The position numbers were made by a program, and so were the translations under genes. A stretch of 64,000 nt of DNA from the human T2T-CHM13v2.0 reference genome, Homo sapiens. Positions 1-12,571 of this stretch are shown piece by piece. The notes beneath the pieces were generated by a model. That model did no database searches. It had not been told where the DNA came from and saw only the letters and a program-made list of their open reading frames with translations. The first letter of the stretch is position 1, and each line of letters opens with the position of its first letter. The stretch is from NCBI RefSeq assembly GCF_009914755.1, contig NC_060930.1; one strand, written 5' to 3'.

Positions 1-734
1 AAGTTTAATAATTAAGTAGGGCTTTCAAACTCATGTTAATGTATTTTACATTATTACTCAGGGCAATTTTATATTAACTACAATTCAGTACCTATTGCCC
101 TTACAAATTTCCTATCTACATTAATAATCTTTCTACCCCTTTTCAGCTCTAAAATAAACTAACATTATTATTTTCTGTGCTACTAATAAAAGTCTTCAAA
201 CATCTACTTTTTAGGCCAGCTGGAATTTAACTTAGGTAAAATGGAAGAAGAGAAGGAGGAGTAGAAGAAAACACACTTGATGATATCACAAATACCTTGG
301 TGAAATGCATCTATTTTTACTTATCAAAGGATATTTCTTCTAACATCTCTTCTTATTCATCTGATGTTTCCTTTCAAAAACAGACTTGAAGTTTCCAAGA
401 CAGGGCAAGAGATACTCTTCAGTTTCTCAGAAGTATGTCTTCATCTGGGAAGACTGGCAATAGCTGATTAGTTGTTCTAGAATAATCAAAAAGGACCTGG
501 CAATTATATATATTTACTTCAGATACACGAGTCATAAAAGCATGGATATATCCACAACCCCATCTAACACACATTGCCTTTACATTTAAATAATATACAT
601 GCCTTACATCTTTATTATAAATGTAATAAACAATATTTCCAAAATTAATGTTACCAAGTAGAAAGGGCTACACCAACTATGGAGGAGCACATAATCTGTT
701 GCTCCAGAACACTAAAGACAGGAAACAAAGGTGC

Positions 735-870
735 CTCTGTGACCTAAGGCAAATTATTTATACTGTATGTTTCTCACATTTCTCACCTATAGAAGGGAGT
801 TACTAATACCCATTTCATAATATTATTGTAAAAATTAAAATAATTTCATTAGTACATTATAGTCAATTTA
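735..870 (+). mobile_element. MIR fragment
   Basis: Degenerate MIR core: ctgtgacctaaggcaaattatt...tttctcacctatagaaggg...taatacccatttcataatattattgtaaaaattaaa. Confidence 0.6.
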
Positions 871-2748
871 TATGAAATGTGTCTATCCTTGTTTAGAGCA
901 AGTATGTAAAAACAAAAAGAAAGAAAAAGAAGAAACAAGACAAAAGTCTATCCATTCCTCACTTCTCTTATTTTTAATTATTATTTTAAATTATTTCCTG
1001 GTCATTAATCACCTCTTATTTCCCAGTCGTTTGTTTTCCTCTTCCTATCTAAAGATTTTTACGGCTCAAATTCTTGAAATATGGCTTCACCATTTCCAGT
1101 TTGTGTTATTATTGAAACAGGTGTACTCTACTTTGTATTGTCACTCACTCTGATTGCCAAAGGTGGGGGAGGGGGTAAGCAGCTTGTAATACCTCTTCCT
1201 GCCAAGTGATCTATTTCTCTCGTTCCCCACTCTTCTCCCACCCTCCATCATTCTTATGCTCTGAGGCTTCTCTTCATTTTCCTAAGATTATATCTGAATT
1301 TCCTTTTAAAGTACACTTGGACTGTTTTAAATGATATCTCTATAGGAGAGTATAACACAGCATCTCCTAACTCTCCATGAAAAACAAATTAACCCCCTCA
1401 AAAAAAAAACTCAAACTAACAATAAAAAAAAACTAAGACAACACAGAAAAGAAGACAAAACCATACTGTCTATGCTCTGTTAACTTTTATGTTGTGAAGA
1501 GATGGATGGGAAACCTAATGTCAGAGTCTGGGACAAGTGTAGATCTGTATGTAAGGCCACCTACATTCATTATCTGCAGGTCTCTGAAAGTAGGAGGCAG
1601 TCAAGTGAAGCAAACAGAGCATGCATGGTGAAGCAATGCATTCTGGGAGAAGAACAAGAGCTGCACACAGCAATTCACTTCCAGCTCTTTATCTGAAAAC
1701 ATTTGACAGCCACCCAAGTGGCTTTTTTTCCTGTGCTTATTTTATCAAGTACCTGTTTATGCTTTGTATTCATTTTCCTATGGGGTATCTATATTTTTTA
1801 TTGATTTTTGGAGTTATTTATATAATCTATATACAAGCCCACTGTCACATGTACACATTGCAAATGTCTTGTTCTGCAGTGTGCTGTTTTACTCTTAATT
1901 TTTCTTAAAATATGTTCTTAGTTTTAATATAGTTCAACTTAATAATTTCCTTTAAGATTAGAGTTTTGTGTTCTGTTTTAGGAATCTATGCCTGTCCCAA
2001 GGTCATGAAAATATTGTGCTGTACTTCTAGAAATTTTATTGTTTTGCTTTTAGATTTAGATCTACAATACACCAGAAATTACATTTCTATATAATGTAAA
2101 AGATAGGCCAAGTTCCATTTTATCTCCACTATGAATATCCAATAGAACTTGTACCATTTATTAAAAAGGCTGTTACACTGATGTGTAATACAACCTTACC
2201 CGTAAGTGTCCAAATATGTGTGGGTCTACTGCTGGGTTGTCGATTCTGTTTCTTTCATTGATAAATCTCTTTCCTTGTACCAATTATATCTTAATTATCA
2301 TAGCTTAATAATCTCTTGATGTTTGGTATTTCTATTGGAACTTCATTGAATCATTAAAGAGAATTGAAATATTTTCAATATTGAATCTTCTATCCCATGA
2401 ACATATCTTCCCATTTGTTTTGGTTCTTAAAATTTCTCTCAATAATATTTTATTATTCTCTTCAGAGGATAGACACACCATGTATTTATTTGAAATTTTT
2501 TATTCATGGCATTAAAAATAACATTTAAAACATTATTGTTGTTTGTTATAGTAGAGTGTAACAAATTTGTATATGTTGAATATATATGCATTAAACAACC
2601 TCCTGTAACCAATTTATTCATTCTTTTATGTATAGATTTGTTTGGATTTTCTACATATACAAATACCATCAGGAGATAATTAATGTTTTAATACTTATTT
2701 TCCAATTCATATGTACATTTTCTTCTTGTTTAATTACACTAGGTAGAA

Positions 2749-2953
2749 CAGTGGTTCTTAACTAGCGATATTGCCCTTTCTTCCACGGGATATTGTCAAG
2801 GTCTAGAAACAGTCTTGTTGGGACAATTGAGGGAGGGCAGAGTGATATTGGCATCCAGAGGCCAGAGATGCTGCTAAACATCCTACAACATACAAGACAG
2901 CCCCCCAATAAATAATTTTCCACCCCAAAATAAGGCTAAGGCTGTGAAACTTC
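2749..2953 (+). mobile_element. MER20 (hAT-Charlie)
   Basis: cagtggttctta...gaggccagagatgctgctaaacatcctacaacatacaagacagcccccc matches the recalled MER20 consensus. Confidence 0.85.
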
Positions 2954-3152
2954 ATGAAATGTTGAAAAGTTAAAAAGAGCAGAAGTCCTCATTTTATTCC
3001 CAATCTCAAAGAAAAGATTAAGTATTTCACCATTAAATAGCGCATTTACATTAAGTTTATGGAGATACCATTTATAAGATGGAAAAAATATCTTCCTATT
3101 TCTAGTTTGCAAATAATTTTTATTTTTAATGTATGTTAAGATTTATCAAATG

Positions 3153-3536
3153 TGATCCCTTGTAAGTTGTTGCAGGGACATGGATGAAACTGGAAACCGT
3201 CATTCTCAGCAAACTAACACAGGAAAAGAAAACGAAAACACCACATGTTCTCACTAATAAGTTGGAGTTGAACAATGAGAACATATGGGCACAGGGAGGA
3301 GAACATCACACACCAGGGCCTGTCGAAGGGTCGGGGGCTAGGGGAGGGATAGCATTAGGAGAAATAACTATTGCAGATGACGCGTTGATGGGTGCAGCAA
3401 ACCACCATGACACATGTATACCTATGTAACGAACCTACACGTTCTGCACATGTATCCCAGAACTTAGAGTATAATAAATAATAATAATTAAGAATTCAAA
3501 GGGACCCCATCTCTACAAAAAATAAAAATAAAAATT
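3153..3536 (+). mobile_element. 5'-truncated L1PA7/8-like 3' end with micro-inversion and extra 3' sequence
   Basis: ORF2 end plus 3'UTR (gtatcccagaacttagagtataat) at 3170-3490; TSD tttatcaaatg at 3142-3152 and 3537-3547. Confidence 0.85.
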
Positions 3537-3950
3537 TTTATCAAATGCTTTTTAGGCATCTATTGAGATGATCATATTATTCTTCTTTATTCTATTAATG
3601 TGGCAAATTGAATTGGTTTTTCAAATGTTAAACTAATCTTGTATTTCTGGAAAAAAAATGTAACTTTTTCATGAGGTATTCTGTGTGGGTGTGTGTGTAT
3701 AAATTTGCTTTGCTAGAATGTTGCTTGCAAATTTTACAGTCTGGTTTGGTATAGAGGTTGTGCAAGCCCATACAAATTTGGTGGGAAGCATTCTCTAGTT
3801 TTTCTCTGGAGCCTGAAGTTTGGGTAAGCTTGATATTATGTCTTCGTTAAAAATTCTATATAATTCATCCAAGAGCCATCTGGACCTACTTTTTTCACTT
3901 TGGGGAAGACTTTTAATAACAGATTTCAATGTATTTAATGTGCATATATA

Positions 3951-4296
3951 CAGTCATAGCTTCGTATCCATGTGGGATTGGTTCCAGGACCCACCACAGA
4001 ATACCAAAATCTATGGATACTCAAGTCCCTTATAAAAAATGATGTAGTATTTGCATGTAACTTATGTACATCCTCTCCTGTACTTTAAATTATCTCTAGG
4101 TTACTTATAGTACTAGATACAATGTAAATACTAGGTAAATAATTGTTTTGCTATGTTGTTTAGAAAACCATGACAAGAACAAACAGTCTGTACATGTTGA
4201 GTACAGACACAGTCATTCTTTTTCATTTTTAATATTTTCAATCTTCACTTGATTGAATCCATGGATGCAATATCCACAGATATGAAGGGCTGATTA
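3951..4296 (+). mobile_element. MER2 (TcMar-Tigger family)
   Basis: cagtc...ggattggttccaggaccc...ataccaaaatctatggatactcaagtccctta...gaatccatggatgc...gggctgatta; flanked by TA. Confidence 0.9.
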
Positions 4297-4410
4297 TACA
4301 TATGTGTGTATGTATATATATACACAAAATATATATATATATTTACACATATATGTACATCATACATGTATATGTACATAACATTTTACATATAGAATAT
4401 ATAAATATAT
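4297..4410. repeat. (TA)n/(TACA)n low-complexity tract
   Basis: Alternating TA/CA/TG directly after the MER2 TA target site. Confidence 0.8.
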
Positions 4411-5559
4411 AAAGAACCATTCATACTTTCTATTGTTGTGTCAGTTTGGCAAACTGTATTTTTCTAGCTACTTAACCATATAATCTATATTTTTAATTCA
4501 TCAGTATTCAGTCCTATGTGATCTCTCTAACTGACATTTTTTGTCATGATTCCTTTTTCACTGTTTATAAAGGTTATCTGTGATTTCAGTTGTTTTTGAT
4601 CCAGAACACTTTTTGAATGTATCAAATATTATGTTGTAAATTGAATCTCAAAGTTTAAGAAACAGAAATGAATATACCTCATTCTATAAGTATAATGTTG
4701 TACAATTGGAGGTAAATACTAGTATCTAAATACTTGGAAATGTAGTTCTTCTATCCTAAAGAATATAAAACCTATTTAGAAAAACAATGGCATAATATAT
4801 AAACAAGTATAGAATGTTACCACACATCTATTGTGAGGTAAAAGAAAAACATTATATAACAAAATATAAAATGCATGAGTAAGAAAGCTTCAAAAATAAG
4901 AAATACAGCTATGGAATTAAAATCTTCCTTAGAAGAAGGAAAGATAATCTATTGTGAAATAATGGAAATAAATCACAAAACAAGGTCAATTAGTAAAGAA
5001 ATAATAAAACAGAAAACTTACAACAAACTATTAAATAGAGAAACCTTGAAAAATGGTCTTCCACATTAAGACACTAGAAAGAAGCTAGATTATTGAATCC
5101 CTCTTTAGTCTTTATATAATTATCTTAATTTAAATAGTAAAAATTCACCACAACAGAAACCAAGCAATGAAAAGGGATACAACCATATGCCACTATTCAA
5201 AACATGCTAGCAAAAGTAAGAAAACAACATCCTAGTAATCGCAGTTTCGTGGAGTGCAGCAGCAGGCATGTGTGTATAGGAGAGGCATGGCTGATGAGGC
5301 AAAGAATACCTCAATACACTTCCCTTCTGTTGCCCTACACTACAGAAAGCGGCTTCAGAGGAGTACCTGCCCTCCAACATGCACACAAGTACTTTAGTAC
5401 TCTTCCTAGGTCCCAAGCAAGTGGTGGTAGATGTCAAAGAGAATTCACATATACTTTTTAAGGAAAATAAAGCAATTGGCATCTCTGCCTATTAAGCAAA
5501 AAAGGAATTGAAAAAAATGACATTTCAGCTATGTAATTATATTATAGGGTATATAACAA

Positions 5560-6780
5560 GAAAAAGTAAATTGGAAAATATAATGCAAATAACAGAAAAA
5601 TAAGCATATATAAACTTCATGCTAAGAAGTCTTTAAAAATATGAATTAAATAAAATCTAAAGAATATGCAACAACTAATTTAGACTAAAAACTTAGAATG
5701 AAATAATGTGATTACAAAACTAATTAATAATTGGAGACAACAAAGTCTAGAATAGATAGAGATAAAAGTCAAATTACAGGCATAGGTAAAAGCATTAATG
5801 TAATCACAATGAATATAGAAGAAAAAAACAAATATTAAAATACAGAAGGTCGTTGACAGACATATACATATATATGTAATTTATGTATATATAAACACTA
5901 GCATATATGAACATATGTGTGTATGTGAGTGTGAAGAGAGACAGAGACATGATGATAAAAAATAGAAAACCCAGCACTTTGAACAGAAAATAAACTTAGG
6001 GGTATAACAGAGTGGTATTTCCCAAAAATAGAGAAGGAATGAAACATGCCAAATATGAATATTTAAAGAATAACTTGTGTTCAAACATAAAAGAAAAAAT
6101 GTATTTTTTTAAAAAAATAAATATTTAAAAAACCAATTAATACAGAGCTATATCCTGGTTGTTATTCCAATTTGGGAATGAAGAAAATTATTTAGGGATA
6201 TAGACAGAAAGAAAAAAGATCTACAAGAAGTGAAAAATAGGATTGGCTTCATACTTAGGCACAACAATTCTCAATGCCAAAGAAAATTGAACAATACCTC
6301 CAAGTTTTGAGAACACAATTTGATCCATGAGTGTGATGCTTAGTCAAATGGTCATTCTGGGTATAAATCAACAGACAGACATTCTAAAGATGTAATAACT
6401 CAGAGAAATACCACTCATGGGTCCCTACTGAAAAACCACTTGGCAATGAAGTCAGTTAAATAAATGAATCAAAATATATAACTTGGGAAAGAAAACTAAG
6501 ATCCCTTTAAATATAGAACTTAAATAAAACAACAGATGTTGTATTTGCAGAACAAAATCTAGATGGGTACATTTTAACAAATCATTATATATCTGGGGTG
6601 GGGAAGGAGCAATGAGAGAAAGTATCCAAAAACTGGAGATCAATCTAGTGAGCAAGAGGTTAGTTAACAAAAAGGATACGTGCAATGAATAGAAAAACAG
6701 AATGTTCTCAAACTCTGTATGTTCTTAACTTGTTTTTACTTGAGACAAATATTCTAGATAGTAACATATTTTATTATTTA
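5560..6780 (+). mobile_element. Ancient HAL1/L1M ORF1-like remnant
   Basis: A-rich sense strand with ORF1 C-terminal-like motif caacaattctcaatgccaaagaaaattgaacaatacctccaagttttgag; highly decayed, boundaries approximate. Confidence 0.5.
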
Positions 6781-7364
6781 AACACTAGATTTTTGTTTTA
6801 CATCTTTTTATCTATTAAATGCAAATGAAACCAATGTGATATTTTATTAAAATCCATATAGAGCATGTACCTATTTTTATATTATTAATTTGACCTTCAT
6901 GTCTGCCTGTCATGAATCTTACTTTGATGTGTAAGTTTGTGGAGATCAACATCTGAAACATTGCTTACTAAATGTTTCGAGTGGTTAGTATGTATGGTAA
7001 TACTGTTATTTACTTTTTAAAACTTTTCTGTATTGTTTAATTTTTAATAGTAAACATTTGTCATTTCATAAAAACAGTGTCCTTGGAAGACAAACAAAAA
7101 GGTTTGGTCACAAAGAAAGAATAATATAAAACTCCTTGCAATATTAATGTGAAATATTAAACACACACACATACACATACACATCAGAATTTTACTATAA
7201 TAGAAAAAAACATGCCATCTTATCAGATGAGAATGTTAATTTTTCCTAAATTGTAATTTAAATATGATCTCGATTTAATCTGCTTGACAGTTGGGACACA
7301 ATCCTTCCTCTGGAAGAGCAAATAGGTGAGAGAAGCCAATAAGTACTTGAAAAAGGAGACTGGG

Positions 7365-7630
7365 GGCCAGAACACTAGAGGATCACTTGAGGTCAGGAGT
7401 TCGAGATCAGCCTGACCAACATGGTGAAACCCTATCTCTACTAAAAATGCAAAAATTAGCGGGGCATGATGGCGGGTGCCTGTAACCTCAGTCTGCTCAG
7501 GAGGCTGAGGGAGGAGAATAGATTGAACCCAGGAGGTGGAGGTTGCAGTGAGCCAAGATCGCGCCACAGCACTCCAGCCTAGGCAACAGAGCATGACTCC
7601 ATCTCAAAAAAAGAAAAAAGGAAAGAAAAA
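7365..7630 (+). mobile_element. AluS (Sx/Sz-like) with most of the left-arm 5' part deleted
   Basis: gatcacttgaggtcaggagttcgaga...ccatctcaaaaaaag; imperfect TSD gaaaaaggagactggg (7349-7364) / gaaaaagaagactgtg (7625-7640). Confidence 0.9.
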
Positions 7631-8690
7631 GAAGACTGTGGAGTGAGAGAAAACACTTGGAATTACTTTTACCAAGAAAACACACACACAAACAAGAACT
7701 ATTATAAAGAAACAATATTTAGCAGGGTATCATTAGACAGATTTGTGGACAGTATTTGTACTTAGAATATTTTTAATTGCAATTTTTCTAACCATTAAGA
7801 AACATTTATTTAGTCCTCAGATATGTGAGGCTTCTGGAAAAATATAACCAAGTTATTTAAAAACATAGAGGCAAGATATACTCAACGTAAAGAATTAAAA
7901 ATGTTTAAATGAAGTCATCAAAGAACTAAAGAAATTTGTTTGACTTGGGTATGATTTCACTGTGGGAAAAAACATTTGCAAACAATAGTAGCAATCATAA
8001 AGAAAAATGTAACATTTTTGTTTTCCGTGAAATACCAGAGGATTTTGTGCCAGGATGGCTTTGAATTTCTCCCTCAGCTTTAAACATAAGAATCACAAAT
8101 AATATTGTTAGAACATTTAAAAATAAATATCCTTATTCAAAGAGTGAGGCTAATATTTAAAGAACAGAACAGAAACGTGTGTTACACGGAAGCCCAAGCC
8201 AAGAGCATCTAGGACTCTAGGATCATTAACAGAAGCGACTGTAAGTGTGGTCCTATGTAGCAGGAACAGCAGAGGCAGGTTTACTAATTGCAACCTGGGC
8301 TGAGGTGCGTCTGTGGAGCCTGTGAAAGAAAGCAAAAAGTCACCCTGAATGTTGCTGTGGAGGAAGAAACAAAAAAAATCACCTTGGACAATACCTGTGA
8401 CAAGCCATCCTCTGATTCTGCCTTCAGAATTCCGAGGTCCAAGGGCAGATAAGCAAAACCACTACTGGAGTGGAAAAAAATTGGTAGAGAGAAATAAAGA
8501 GAGAAATAGTCACCTCGAATGAGCTCACAAATATGTTAAAGCACTAAACCAAAAACTTTATTAATAAGGAAATCCGTCAAATTTAACAACCAAAATATAA
8601 GGCCATTTTGGATGAAATGTAAACAATAGAAAAATCTTAAAATAATTCTTAAAAATATATTTGAGATCAATATTCATTAGAAAGTTAAGG

Positions 8691-9621
8691 AAAATAGAAA
8701 ACATACAAATAGCTAAGAAATATATGAAAAAATTCTCAACCTGACTAATCCTCAGGAGAATGCAAATCAAAACCATAATGAGGTATCATATCACCCCAGT
8801 TAAGATGGCTATTATCCAAAAGACAAAAAATAACAAATGCTGATGAGGATGCGGACAAAAGGACTCTTATACACTATTGGTGGGAATGTAAACTAGTACA
8901 ACCACAATGGAGAACAGTATGGAAATTCCTCAAAAACTACAAAGAGAAGTACCATATGATCCTGCAATCCAACTATTGGGCATCAATTCAGAGGAAAGAA
9001 AATGAGTATATCAAAGAGACATCTGTTCTCCCATGTTTACTGCAGTACTGTTACAATAGCCAAGACATGGAAATTCATCTACATGTCCATCAACAGAGGA
9101 ATAAAGAAAATGTGCTATATATGAACAATGGAATAATCTTCAGCCGTAAACAAGAATAAAACCTAGTCATCTGCAGCAACATGGATGGAGCTAGAGGACA
9201 TTATGCTAAGTGAAATAAGCCAGGCACAGAAAGTGGACACCTCATGTTCTCCCTCATATGTGGAAGCTAAAAAAAAAAAAAAGTTGATCTCATAAAGTGA
9301 AGTAAAAAGTAGAACAGAGAATATTAGAGGCTGGGAAAAGTAGGGGGAAGTGGGGATAGGGAGAAATTCGTTAAAGGATACAAAATTACAGCTAGGTATG
9401 AGAAATAAGTTCTACTATTCTACAGCACTGTAGGATGACTATAATTAACAATAATATATTATTTAGTTTCAAATGGCTAGGAGGATATTGAGTATTCCCA
9501 ACACAATGAAATGATAAATGTTTGAGGTGATGGATATACTAATTACCTGATCTGATCACTGTATATTATATGTATCACAACGTCGCTATGTAGCTCATAC
9601 AATTATTATGTATCCATTTAA
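8691..9621 (+). mobile_element. L1MA4/5-like 3' end
   Basis: ORF2 end (gcaaatcaaaaccataatgaggtatcatatcaccccag) and L1MA 3'UTR (caaaattacagctagg...cccaacacaatgaaatgataaatgtttgaggtgatggatat). Confidence 0.85.
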
Positions 9622-9915
9622 CTTTTTTTGAGCCAGGGTCTCACACTGTCACCTAAACTGAAGTAGAGTGGCATGATCATAGCTCACTGCAGCCTCAACC
9701 CATTGGATTCAAGCTATTCTCCCACCTCGTCCTCCCAAGTAGCTAGGACTACAGGCCTGCACCACCACACCCAGCAAATTTTTTATTTTTTTTTTCATAG
9801 AAACAGGGGCTTGCTACATTGCCCAGGCTTGTCTCAAACTCCTGGTCTCAAGTAATCCTCCTGCCTCAGCTTCCCAAAGCACAGGGATTGCAGGCATGAC
9901 CCACCACATTTGGCT
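9622..9915 (-). mobile_element. AluJ (Jo/Jr-like) inserted in the L1MA tail
   Basis: gatcatagctcactgcagcctcaacc and ttgcccaggct...actcctggtctcaagtaatcctcc are J-type features. Confidence 0.9.
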
Positions 9916-11151
9916 TTAAAATTTTTTTAATAAAAAATTACAGCACTATAAAAGTTAAAATAAATTTTTAAAAGAATAATTAAAAAGCCCTTTGTACTTG
10001 AATTTCAATGAATTCCTTTAGTATGAATTTTTGTCCTCAGAAGTAACAAGTGTCTTGCTGTCTGAATTGCGGAACCATTCTTTCGCTTCAAGTCAGAACC
10101 ACTGTCCTTACAGCTACTTACATTGTAAACTGGTAATCTCAGATGTTCCAAAAGAAACACTGTAAATTAACTTTCTGGTTCTGGGCTCTCAGCAACATGC
10201 TCCACTTTCCTGAACTAAATATTTCATCCTATTTAGCATATTCTAGCTTTTTTCCATTCTTGTTAAGGAACTTCTATTACAAGAAGCCAATTTACAGTTC
10301 TGACTCCTCAACTTGACTATCAGGGACTCCCACTCTTGCATTTATGATTTTCACCATCCCACTATGTCCGCCCATCATATAATATTTTCATGATATTCTT
10401 TCTCTCAAGCATTAGCGAACCCAATAGCTGCTCTGCACCTTAGTTACAGCACTATTTCTTTAGTGTCATCCAAAATGGATATGTGCCTTCATCTAAAATA
10501 ACTTTGGGGAAGGAAATTCTTATCTCCTTCAAGTGCACAGTCTCTTGGTTGTCCTCCAGACAAATTAATAGAACTAGGTCAGGATATGCATGCTGCCCTT
10601 CTTGATACCAAATGACTTGTATAAACAGCACACACCCTCTGGCTATTTTCTAGCAGCAGTCCTTAGGGTTAAGCCACATTAAAAATTCAGATACTTCCAT
10701 GTTAACATAAATTGAAAAAAAAACAATACATGATGAGAGAAGTAATAGGAAAGCCTCTTTTCCTTTATGTCGATACTATTTCCTGATTTTTTTCCCTTGG
10801 AATAGTCTAGCATACAACAGTTCTCTGGAAATAAAATGGTTTAAATCTGAAAATATCCATAGCCAGCTGCCAAGGACATTGAGAAGAATGGAAAGGTCTC
10901 ACTCCATCAATAATCCTAAACATACATACTCCAGCCTGAAATACCAGTGAAATTCTTTGGAGCTCACAGAGGGAGGTATTCATATTATAAGGCTTTCTTT
11001 CCTAATAGAGTCCCCATGAATGTAGAATTGAGATTTCACCTCTGTTCATCAGATCACAATAACTTACTAGCTTTCTAATAACATGTGATTTTCACTTTCT
11101 CCAAAAATAATCAGTTTACAATGTTAGCAATTTTCATAGTTCATTAGGTGC

Positions 11152-11275
11152 AGAATGATTCTATATCTTTGTTTGCCCAGGACAGTACCAGTTTCAGATT
11201 CTTGTTTCTGTGTAATCATTAATGGCACTTCCTTCTACCCTCACAAGGTTGCATGATAAATTTTATGGCCACCGA
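11152..11275 (-). mobile_element. MER94-like (hAT-Blackjack MITE)
   Basis: gtttgcccaggacagtaccagttt...taatcattaatggcac...gataaattttatggccacc resembles the reverse complement of MER94. Confidence 0.7.
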
Positions 11276-12165
11276 ATTACTAGGCTTTGATGACTAGAAC
11301 TAAGTGTTCCAAAATAACTTGCATGAATTGTACTCCATGAACCATATATTTAAAACTACAATATTTACCTATCTGAAAGCAGACAATGTGTTTGTCTATT
11401 CAAAGAGCACTTTTTCAAAGAGAAAAAAAAAATACTCTCTGCAAAGGCTCTGGGTGTGACTATTTAGAATCCATGATTAGATTTCATTGAAAATGTCACA
11501 TTAGTTATTACCATTGCACTGTGCAAATTGCATTCATCTCCCTGGTGGTCACGAGACAAGATGAACAATAGTTTATCATCCACTTCACAAATAGATGTGG
11601 TTCCCAGATAACAATTTTCTAGGGAATCTTCTCAGGTACTTGGTGTGGAAAGGACTGACCCATGTCAAACCTTGTCACCTCTCTTGTGTTTGAATACAAA
11701 ATGTGGCAAAACTAAATCTTGGCTTTTCTGGGGACAAATAAATATGACATGGGTGGATTAATGGAAAGACATTTAACTTTCAGTTTGCAAGATGAAAATA
11801 TATCTGTAAAAAATCCTACCACAACAGTATTCAAACCATATGTTAATGGCTCAAAACATCTGTAGTACTGTAACTTGTCCTGAAAACCCTGCTGGTTTTA
11901 AGCACTGACGGGAAACAGTATGCAAGCTGAAGAGAAAACCGCTTTTTGATAAATATCACCTCCTCCTTTAACCAGTTCACCCCCTCCCCCTCTCAGGATA
12001 CCCATATAGTTCGCAAAGTGTTGTTACATAGGAAATTCTAACTCTTCTCAGAGTTTTCCAATCTATAAAGCAGCTAATTTGTACAGGCTACATTCTGAAG
12101 CTAAGAAAACATTTTCACACAATAAAGAAGAGTAAAGTCTGGAATGATCTCGAGTTGAAAGATCT

Positions 12166-12571
<406 letters not shown>

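Larger units (their letters stand above)
1700..4600 (-). mobile_element. Ancient L1M (L1MD/ME-like) ORF2 remnant, antisense, interrupted by MER20, an L1PA7-like fragment, MER2 and a TA tract
   Basis: T-rich antisense L1 motifs, e.g. aatattgaatcttctatcccatgaacat, tttatcaaatgcttttt.ggcatctattgagatgatcat, ctgtcccaaggtcatgaaaatatt. Boundaries approximate. Confidence 0.7.

Noticed and set aside
296-497. Possible minus-strand exon (VLFDYSRTTNQLLPVFPDEDILLRN*)
   Set aside because: Poor polypyrimidine tract, early stops in all frames, no recognisable homologue.
7223-7715. Alu-derived ORFs (also at 12281, 24409, 26460, 36074, 53514, 55122, 61403)
   Set aside because: Typical Alu translations (e.g. 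[21 protein letters not shown]), not genes.
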